From a virus (lineage: Duplodnaviria > Caudoviricetes), in the IMG/VR virus record IMGVR_UViG_3300048769_000079, positions 1-55,549 of that record: a stretch of DNA of 55,549 nucleotides. The stretch is one strand, 5' to 3'. Positions 48,226-55,549 of the stretch are shown piece by piece. Within the stretch, counting starts at the first letter, position 1, and each line of letters starts with the position of its first letter. The translations under genes were made by a program, and so were the position numbers. Under the pieces are notes generated by a model, which searched no databases, was not told where the DNA came from, and saw nothing but the letters and a program-made list of their open reading frames with translations.

Positions 48226-51200
48226 ATGAGCGGAACGCCGACACTTACTTCAATTTACGGATTAAAAATCTATTTAAAAGATTTTGTTTCTCCGGTGGCA
48301 CAAAACACGTCAATTGGTTTGTACAATCGTATTGCTACGCTCTCACAAGCGTTGACAGGTAATACTTATAAACTCAACACCTTAAATGTATCGGCTTTCG
48401 AGTTGAATGAATCCGTATTTATTACCGGCGGCGGAAAGTCGGAAATAAATTGGATTTCTTCAATAAGTCCGACACAGGGTGCGCTTTACTTAGCAAATAC
48501 CTCAATGAATACATATCCGGTAAATACGTCACAGGTACAGGCAAATTCACAATTTCGATGGACGCAAAACGATGTACTCGCTCCAGCCGAATCTTGGAAA
48601 AGCGGCGTATTAATGCAAAACGGAATAGGTACGTTCTCTCGTAAAATCGATTTACGCCGGATGGGTAATACCGCAACGCCGGGAGATTGTACCGCTCAGG
48701 TAAATAATACAAATCTATTTTTTAAAACGGTTCGTGACTCCGGTATTTATTTTAACGGGCTTGTTGCAAAAGTAATTAAATTTACAAATAATATTGAGTC
48801 CTCCAGGTGGATGGGGGAATGCCAAAAGCCATCTTGGACTTCAAAACGATATATAATTCCTATAAAGGGAATTTACAATAAGCGCATATCGAGTTGTACC
48901 ACCGTTATTAATAATGACCCTATTTCTGGAAACTTTCCGAACGCCTCGGACGATAAAAACGGTACGGTTATCCCTATTACAATAGGTAATTTCAAAATTA
49001 ATTCAGATGGAAATCCTTCGTGCGCTAAGTTTTTAAGAATTTCGGACGCAGAATTAACGATTGTAAATTCCGGCGACGTTACGCAATACCCCGCTAATCA
49101 AGTCTTTGCTTGTCAATCGATAACGCCAACGGATCAAAGTGTTTTTCCGATAGTTAATCAAGTTGGTACGCCACCGGGAATAGTAACATATCAGGTACAA
49201 ATGGGTATTTCCGTCGGCGCTTCGGGCGGATTAAACCTTACGGGAACTTGGATGAAGGTGGTCTTGGGTGGCGCTGCTGACGGTACAAGTCTTGTTGGAA
49301 AGTATCGAAAAGTACTTTCCTGTGCTTGGAACTATGGAACGTGTGTCGTACAGGTAACGCTTGACTCTTGTTACGAGCAGGACTTAACGGGTGACCCTAC
49401 AGTGGCGCTCAATACCAATAACGCATGGGTTTCTTTTGTATCCGTAAACTATCAATTTTACGGGGATATGTGGCCTTTATATGGGTTTTACGATAGTTTG
49501 GGAAGTTTACGGAAATCGGGCCTAAGCCTCTATGCCTATAACAGTACGCTTGATACAAGAAATTTTCTTCGCGTTCAACTTTACAATGCGCAAGGAACTG
49601 CAATACCAAATGGAATAAATAAAGAAAAACAAGTCGGGTTTCAATTAGTTTCGCAATTTGGGTATTCAATTCTTAATATTACAAATAATAATATTATCAT
49701 TATTAACCCATTCATGATGGACGGCGGACCGAATACGCTGATAAGTTTTGATATTTTTCCATTAAAACGCGGTTCTTTTTCTCGTCTACAGGTTGGAAAT
49801 CTTGATGCCTATGGGATGTTAGGCTATACTAATTTATCATTTGGCGGGTTTTTATCAAACGTTTATTGCTTAGCAACCGCATCGGCTAATTTAACCAGCT
49901 ATGTTATTTCATCAAATCCAGTTAATACTTCTGATACCATGTTTGATCAAGATGACTCGTCATATGAACAACATCATAGACTTATTACAAATAATTCCGG
50001 TGGAGTAAATACGGTATTTACCGTTTTTGAAACTCAAATTGATTTCTCTCTTATTAAAAAAGAATATGATTCTTATTTTTTAGGAATAAATATTGCTTCA
50101 GGTAATTTATCAGGGGCCACACAATCTCCTATTTTAATTTCATTTAGAAGGTTCATGGGTTTACAAACAAAAATAGTTGATAATTTAGGAATAGGAGTAA
50201 AATTTGATGACCATGGTGTTGGAACGGTAAATAGCTTTATAAACGATTTACCGGATTTTTATTATACAAATCGAACAACTCCAGACAATAATCTTGCATT
50301 TATGCAAGTACCTTTGAGTACCTTGACAAATATTGTAAATTTTACCGGCTATAAAACATTTCCTCTGAACGGTATTAACTCTCTCATTCTTTTAAATTCA
50401 ATTTATAGAATAGGAATTTTTCTCGGATCGAGTATGGCCGGTGGTTTTGTTAATTTCAATGCTACCGCTCAAGTCAAAGAACTTGCTATTATTTGTCAAT
50501 CTTCTGATAATATTTCAGATGAAATTTATACGCTTTGCGGCGGAAGAGTTTGGGCGTTGAACAGCGTAGGCGCACAATGGAACGGCCAAACAACTAATAT
50601 CATAAGTAGGTCTCAGACACCTCCAACGGTCCCAAAAACCTGGCCTTACATATACTGGGTATTGCCCGGAGCCACCGGGGCGTGGGCGGGCCACGATAAC
50701 CAGGGCGCGTATTTCTGGAGTGGTGTATGGTCTTTTATTACTCCGGTGACTAATACGGGTGTTTTTATAATTTCGGAAAACGCAAGCTTTATTTGGGACG
50801 GGTCAACACTCGTACCTAATCAATATTATCAAATAATACAAGACCCGGTTTCCGCTTTAGAACATTTCTGCCGTTTACAGAACGGAAGCGAGAACTCGCC
50901 CGCGCCTTACGCCGGATGGGGGAAGGCATACTGGAATAACGCCCTTATCAATATGAATAGTTTTTATGATTCAGGGATGGCCGCGCTGCGTAACTACCAA
51001 TGCGCCGGGCAAATTCACGATGAAAAAGACGGCTTTACGAGTACAATAAAAAAGAAACTTTGTTATCAATTTGGAATGGCTTCATATACCGACGGCGATG
51101 GATATGAGTGTGTAAAACCGCTTTTAAAAGCGCTTACTTCTCCCAGCGATACCATCACGCTTTCACAAATTATTGACCGCAACTCGATTAAAGTTTACGA

Positions 51201-51807
51201 ACCTGATCCGGCTGATATTTACCCGGAGCCGTTTGTACAGTATAATAAAAACTACGGTTCGGGTGCTTTTGATGGATTAATAAAGATTATGAATACCGAT
51301 TTTGAAAACCCTTCACAAACTCAAAAAGGACTTTTTGTCCAAGGTTGTCAAAATGGTGATGTTGCCGCGACGCTTTGGGGACTGTGTTATAATTTGATGC
51401 AACGTACGCACAACATGGAACCGCCTCCCAGTGACATGACGGACCTTGACTTTATACGAGATTATTCAACGGCTCTTGCGCACTTGACGGATTGGATTAA
51501 TTGGATGTATAACCCTGAAATTGAATTTAACGTGTCAAGCGTTGCAACCGGCGCGGACGCTTGGCAGGAGTGCCATCGATTTAATTTAATACTTCCACAC
51601 CAAACCGCGAATGTAAATATAGAATGTATATTAGAGGAAATAACGGTCAATCCAAACGCAGAACACGAGGTGAAAATAAAAGCAATAATGCTTTCCGATA
51701 CGATTCCGCAAGGTTTTAACTTTACGGATAGTATTCAAGCAGGTGCAACGGGTTGGCAGGATTCAATTCAATCGGGGGCGCAAGGAGAACAGGCAATAAT
51801 ATCATGA
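48226..51807 (+). CDS. Large tail tip/baseplate protein with DUF2793-like insert
   Basis: 1193 aa; IPITIG; GATGAWAGHDN..A.F....WSFITP. Confidence 0.65.
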   Translation: MSGTPTLTSIYGLKIYLKDFVSPVAQNTSIGLYNRIATLSQALTGNTYKLNTLNVSAFELNESVFITGGGKSEINWISSISPTQGALYLANTSMNTYPVNTSQVQANSQFRWTQNDVLAPAESWKSGVLMQNGIGTFSRKIDLRRMGNTATPGDCTAQVNNTNLFFKTVRDSGIYFNGLVAKVIKFTNNIESSRWMGECQKPSWTSKRYIIPIKGIYNKRISSCTTVINNDPISGNFPNASDDKNGTVIPITIGNFKINSDGNPSCAKFLRISDAELTIVNSGDVTQYPANQVFACQSITPTDQSVFPIVNQVGTPPGIVTYQVQMGISVGASGGLNLTGTWMKVVLGGAADGTSLVGKYRKVLSCAWNYGTCVVQVTLDSCYEQDLTGDPTVALNTNNAWVSFVSVNYQFYGDMWPLYGFYDSLGSLRKSGLSLYAYNSTLDTRNFLRVQLYNAQGTAIPNGINKEKQVGFQLVSQFGYSILNITNNNIIIINPFMMDGGPNTLISFDIFPLKRGSFSRLQVGNLDAYGMLGYTNLSFGGFLSNVYCLATASANLTSYVISSNPVNTSDTMFDQDDSSYEQHHRLITNNSGGVNTVFTVFETQIDFSLIKKEYDSYFLGINIASGNLSGATQSPILISFRRFMGLQTKIVDNLGIGVKFDDHGVGTVNSFINDLPDFYYTNRTTPDNNLAFMQVPLSTLTNIVNFTGYKTFPLNGINSLILLNSIYRIGIFLGSSMAGGFVNFNATAQVKELAIICQSSDNISDEIYTLCGGRVWALNSVGAQWNGQTTNIISRSQTPPTVPKTWPYIYWVLPGATGAWAGHDNQGAYFWSGVWSFITPVTNTGVFIISENASFIWDGSTLVPNQYYQIIQDPVSALEHFCRLQNGSENSPAPYAGWGKAYWNNALINMNSFYDSGMAALRNYQCAGQIHDEKDGFTSTIKKKLCYQFGMASYTDGDGYECVKPLLKALTSPSDTITLSQIIDRNSIKVYEPDPADIYPEPFVQYNKNYGSGAFDGLIKIMNTDFENPSQTQKGLFVQGCQNGDVAATLWGLCYNLMQRTHNMEPPPSDMTDLDFIRDYSTALAHLTDWINWMYNPEIEFNVSSVATGADAWQECHRFNLILPHQTANVNIECILEEITVNPNAEHEVKIKAIMLSDTIPQGFNFTDSIQAGATGWQDSIQSGAQGEQAIIS

Positions 51808-53351
51808 GCATTTCAAATGTTTATAATCAAGCCGGATCAAGTTCAGAGTACTTTACACTTGCAAATCAAACGCATGCGGTACTTTCCGTAAATTTAGGGC
51901 CTTGCAAAATAGGCGTTGAAACCGATACCGGAGCCCTTGCCTATACGGATAATACAGGAATGTATCGAACTCTCGTCCCAACGATAAGTGGTCCGGCGGC
52001 TACACTTCCCCCTAATCTTTCCGGTTATTTAAACAACGATGGGTCGGGGAATTTATCTTGGAAAAATCCTTCCGCTGGAAGCGGTGCTACTCTACCGACG
52101 GCAAAAGCCGGATTCCTCTGGGACGACGGCGCTGGGAATAACGATTGGCGCTTGCCTACGCCCTCACAAATAGGCGCGGCACCTCTCAATAATCCTTCGT
52201 TTACAGGTGCGCCGACGCTCGGTAACGCTTCCGCAAGTACAATAAATATTTCCGGTGTTTCAACTTTTAATAGCGTTTCCGCGGTATCGTTAAATGTTTC
52301 CGGTACGGCTACGTTAAGTAGCATAGTCACCAATGCGTTTGCCGTAGGTCAACAATCTATCGCAACGGCGGGAAGCACCACGACGTTGACGGTAAACAGT
52401 CCTCAATATACGATATTCACGGGTTCACTTGCACAAAATGTCGTTCTGCCGGATGCAAGAACTTTACAAACCGGATGGACATATGAAATTGACAATGCGT
52501 CAACGCAAGCGGTTACCCTTAAAGACGGTACTTCGGCAACGCTCTGGACTCTTGCGGCCGGAACGGATACCCGGTTGATTCTTACCGCAAACGGAACACA
52601 GGCGGGAACCTGGAATATTGATTATTACGGAGATAATGTTGCCACGGGTAAAGTCGTTACTTTTAATAACAGTGCGAGTATTTCCGTAAACCCGGACGCT
52701 GCGAACGTCATTTTATCAACGCCAAATGGTTACGGTGCAATGGCTTTTGTAAATAGTCCTACGCTTATAAATCCAAATTTAGGAGCAGCGCAAGGTTTGA
52801 GTTTAAATGTTACCGCAAACGCAACCCTTGGGAGTTTATCAGTTACGGGCGTGTCTCATGTTGGAAGTATGACTGTTGATTCAGCAACATTGACGAACCT
52901 TAACGTCGCGGGAAACGCGCTGAACACCTCACTTTCCGTCACAAATAACGCAACACTGGGAACGGTATCGGGTGGGTTGATTCGTTCGACGGGGCCTATT
53001 CTTTCCAGCGGCGGGGCGGTTGGGTATACCGGAGGGGTTGGTGGAACGATTTCCCAAGCGGCTAATAAAGGTTCGGTGGTAACGCTTGCAAAGCTCTGCG
53101 GACAGATTACAATGCAAAACACCGCGCTGACGAACGCGACGACGGTTTCATTTATTATGAATAACGCTTTACTTTTACAAAACGATATGATTTTAATAAA
53201 TCATCAAAGCGTTGGAACGCTCGGAGCGTATAATTTTTCGGTTGCGCCGGGGAACGGTATAGCAACGATTTCAGTAAGAAACCTACATACCGCATCGCTT
53301 TCCGAAGCGATAGTCTTACAATTTCTTGTTATTAGGGCGGCGGTAGTCTAA
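51804..53351 (+). CDS. Tail fibre protein
   Basis: KIGVETDTG N-terminal motif, APLNNPSFTGAPT, S/T/G-rich. Confidence 0.75.
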   Translation: MSISNVYNQAGSSSEYFTLANQTHAVLSVNLGPCKIGVETDTGALAYTDNTGMYRTLVPTISGPAATLPPNLSGYLNNDGSGNLSWKNPSAGSGATLPTAKAGFLWDDGAGNNDWRLPTPSQIGAAPLNNPSFTGAPTLGNASASTINISGVSTFNSVSAVSLNVSGTATLSSIVTNAFAVGQQSIATAGSTTTLTVNSPQYTIFTGSLAQNVVLPDARTLQTGWTYEIDNASTQAVTLKDGTSATLWTLAAGTDTRLILTANGTQAGTWNIDYYGDNVATGKVVTFNNSASISVNPDAANVILSTPNGYGAMAFVNSPTLINPNLGAAQGLSLNVTANATLGSLSVTGVSHVGSMTVDSATLTNLNVAGNALNTSLSVTNNATLGTVSGGLIRSTGPILSSGGAVGYTGGVGGTISQAANKGSVVTLAKLCGQITMQNTALTNATTVSFIMNNALLLQNDMILINHQSVGTLGAYNFSVAPGNGIATISVRNLHTASLSEAIVLQFLVIRAAVV

Positions 53352-53668
53352 TGAGTGTTTCAAATATTTATAATCAACCTGGGTCGCAATCAATTTACTT
53401 TACGCTTGCGAATAATACCGCCGTTACGATGCAGGATGATTTAGGTAAGTGTAAAATAGGCGTAGAAAGCGATACGGGTAATCTTTGTTATACTGACGCA
53501 TTGGGTGTGTATCACTCCATTCCAGCGGCGGCGATTGCAATACTTTTAAGCGGTGCTTTACCGATAGGGATTAATTTCCAACTTCAACAAATCGGAGGTA
53601 ATCAATTATGGGCATGTTATTCCGCTACGGGAAGTGCTCCGTGGACGCCCGTTTCGCAAGTTGCATAG
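53351..53668 (+). CDS. Short paralog of tail fibre N-terminal domain
   Basis: MS.SN.YNQ.GS.S.YFTLAN...LG.CKIGVE.DTG.L.YTD shared with 51804. Confidence 0.75.
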   Translation: MSVSNIYNQPGSQSIYFTLANNTAVTMQDDLGKCKIGVESDTGNLCYTDALGVYHSIPAAAIAILLSGALPIGINFQLQQIGGNQLWACYSATGSAPWTPVSQVA

Positions 53669-55549
53669 TCCTGCTTTTAGTAGGACTATCTTTTAGTTTT
53701 CAAATTGGAAGTGATACTGTGTATTTTAATTCAAAATTAAAATATACAAATCCTTTAACGCATGGAACCGTAAATGATACCATAATTGTTGGTTATCGTA
53801 ATGGGTTTTACTATAGGACAATCGGGGAAATTCTCTCCAGCGTTTCCGGTGGCGGAGTAAATAGTGTAAACGGAGGAACGGCGGCGGCGCATACGATTGT
53901 CGGAGAGCAGGGTTTGCAGGTTTTGGACAGCGGTACAAATCTTTACAAACATGTAATAGTTCCGGCGACAGGTTTTATAATTCCAACCGGATCGTCTTTG
54001 CGCGTGGATAGCGCTACGCTTGCCGATAGCGCTAAAAAATCTTATCCTACCAGCGCGGCAAGCGGAGACCTTTCCGGCAGTTATCCGGGACCTACGGTAG
54101 CAAAACTTAACGGTACGGCTCTTGCGTCAGCGTGGTCGGTGGTCGGGGCCGATCAGTCCGGCGCTGCGGCGGCTCGGCAAGCGGCGTATGCAAATCTTAC
54201 TTCTATCGGTGCGCTTTCAAACGCCAATGGATGGCTCAATAATAACGGCAGCGGAACATTTGTATACTCCGTACCTCCCGGAACATGGGCTTCTAATTTC
54301 GGCACAACGGGTGGGACAATTGCGCAGGGAAACGATTCGCGTCTATCCGATTCCCGCGCCCCGAATGGATCGGCCAGCGGCGACCTTTCCGGCAGTTATC
54401 CGGGGCCTACGGTAGCAAAAATAAACGGCACATCGATGGCCGGGCTTGGAACGGGCATACTGAAAAACACGAACGGAACGGGTGTACCAAGCATTGCGGT
54501 TGCCGGGGATTTCCCCACACTCAACCAATCCACGTCCGGTACGGCAGCAAACGCGACGCTTTGGGGTGGCAACTCTTACGGCGGACCCTATGTGACCAAT
54601 TCCAACATGAGCGGGACATCTTACACGCTCGGAATGTTCACGGGCACGAATTCGATGGGAAATTCTTTGCTTGCCCAAAACGGTTCACAAACGCAAACCG
54701 CCGGCTCTTTTCAGATTGGAACGGTGGGCTACACTGCCACACCGGCGCAATTAAGTTTGGGAGACATTTCCAATACTGGAAATTCCAGGCCCGTAATTAT
54801 CGGATCATGGGGCGCGGAAGGAAGCTGGGGAATCGGACCTAAATCGTACAGCGGAAATTACGATGTACAAATAGGAAATGTAACGGCTTCGGCTACCGAT
54901 TGGGCCGCGTCGCAGGTGACTAAACTATGGTGTACCTTTTTTGGAGGAACGGCGGATAGCGCAGTTGCAGCGGATCGCGCGCGCAAACTTTCTACGGCGC
55001 GGATAATCGGCAAAAGCACGACCTTCGATGGCACGGCAAACATTGTGCCTGATAGTTCCCTCGATGCTCCTATGTGGGCTGGGCGGACGTGGGGAACAAG
55101 CGTAGCGCTTGCCGATAGCGCTAAAAAATCTTATCCTACCAGCGCGGCAAGCGGAGACCTTTCCGGCAGTTATCCGGGGCCGACGGTTGCAAAAATAAAA
55201 AATAATACAGTCCCCGTCAACGCTAATGGCTCTCTAATAAATAATGGCAGTGGAAACTTATCTTGGGCATGGCCTACATATACCAATGTCGGCGCGGATC
55301 AATCCGGTGCGGGCACGGCGGCGGCGAACGCGGCGGTATCTGGCACGAGTGGAGACTTTGCAAAATTTACGGGAACACATACAATCGGGAATAGTTCTTT
55401 TATGTCTGAAAACGGTACGGGGGTCGGCATCGGGTCAATGAGTCCATCTGCCCCATTAACCGTTCAAACTCTTAGTACAGGAGAAAAAGCAATAGATATA
55501 ATAGGACGACCTTCTGATAGCTATGGAATAATCAGATTTTACAATAGTA
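53608..55549 (+). CDS. N-terminal part of long tail fibre/adhesin-like protein (runs off the end; not in ORF track)
   Basis: RBS GGAGGT, ATG 53608, frame open to the end of the window. ASGDLSGSYPGPTVAK occurs three times; also GNDSRLSD and ARKLSTARII...FDGTANI. Confidence 0.8.
   Translation, partial: MGMLFRYGKCSVDARFASCIVLLLVGLSFSFQIGSDTVYFNSKLKYTNPLTHGTVNDTIIVGYRNGFYYRTIGEILSSVSGGGVNSVNGGTAAAHTIVGEQGLQVLDSGTNLYKHVIVPATGFIIPTGSSLRVDSATLADSAKKSYPTSAASGDLSGSYPGPTVAKLNGTALASAWSVVGADQSGAAAARQAAYANLTSIGALSNANGWLNNNGSGTFVYSVPPGTWASNFGTTGGTIAQGNDSRLSDSRAPNGSASGDLSGSYPGPTVAKINGTSMAGLGTGILKNTNGTGVPSIAVAGDFPTLNQSTSGTAANATLWGGNSYGGPYVTNSNMSGTSYTLGMFTGTNSMGNSLLAQNGSQTQTAGSFQIGTVGYTATPAQLSLGDISNTGNSRPVIIGSWGAEGSWGIGPKSYSGNYDVQIGNVTASATDWAASQVTKLWCTFFGGTADSAVAADRARKLSTARIIGKSTTFDGTANIVPDSSLDAPMWAGRTWGTSVALADSAKKSYPTSAASGDLSGSYPGPTVAKIKNNTVPVNANGSLINNGSGNLSWAWPTYTNVGADQSGAGTAAANAAVSGTSGDFAKFTGTHTIGNSSFMSENGTGVGIGSMSPSAPLTVQTLSTGEKAIDIIGRPSDSYGIIRFYNS
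55423..55549 (+). repeat. 127-bp terminal overlap with 101-227 (circular contig)
   Basis: Exact sequence identity. Confidence 0.9.

Noticed and set aside
1-55549. Integrase/IntI, attI, repressor, tRNAs, tail sheath, stop-codon recoding
   Set aside because: None recognisable by eye, and genes read through in the standard code. A very divergent recombinase or attI cannot be excluded without HMM searches.
55423-55549. Biological direct terminal repeat
   Set aside because: 127 bp matches a common assembler k-mer, lies mid-gene and maps to 101-227 rather than position 1.

Overview
The window is an apparently complete, circularly permuted ~55 kb tailed-phage genome. It has siphovirus-like architecture: HK97-type head genes, a tail tube and tape measure, and no sheath. 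The last 127 nt (55423-55549) equal positions 101-227, and the ends lie in a 255-bp tandem repeat inside a tail-fibre gene. All recognisable genes are on + except one lipoprotein. Modules in order: lysis (DUF5675 endolysin, holin/spanin-like); early small ORFs; replication/recombination (SNF2 helicase, RuvC-like, UDG-like, HNH-AAA, SSB-like, family A polymerase, primase-helicase, ParB/clamp fusion, helicase-MTase); accessory region; packaging/head; an 8-gene glycosyltransferase/methyltransferase block inside the neck-tail operon; tail and fibres. I saw no integrase or repressor. The most notable signal is an integron-like cassette array at ~22.4-24.4 kb. It has attC-like sites whose R''/R' boxes cross-complement as expected after real cassette insertions, but no integrase, and it carries a two-polypeptide C5 methyltransferase encoded in overlapping frames. 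Other highlights are a probable virion-glycosylation cluster, a ferritin in the head module, a fibre-like protein with a signal-peptide-like N-terminus, and a strongly over-represented octamer YYCCAGCG. All calls come from motif recognition by eye; no databases were searched.
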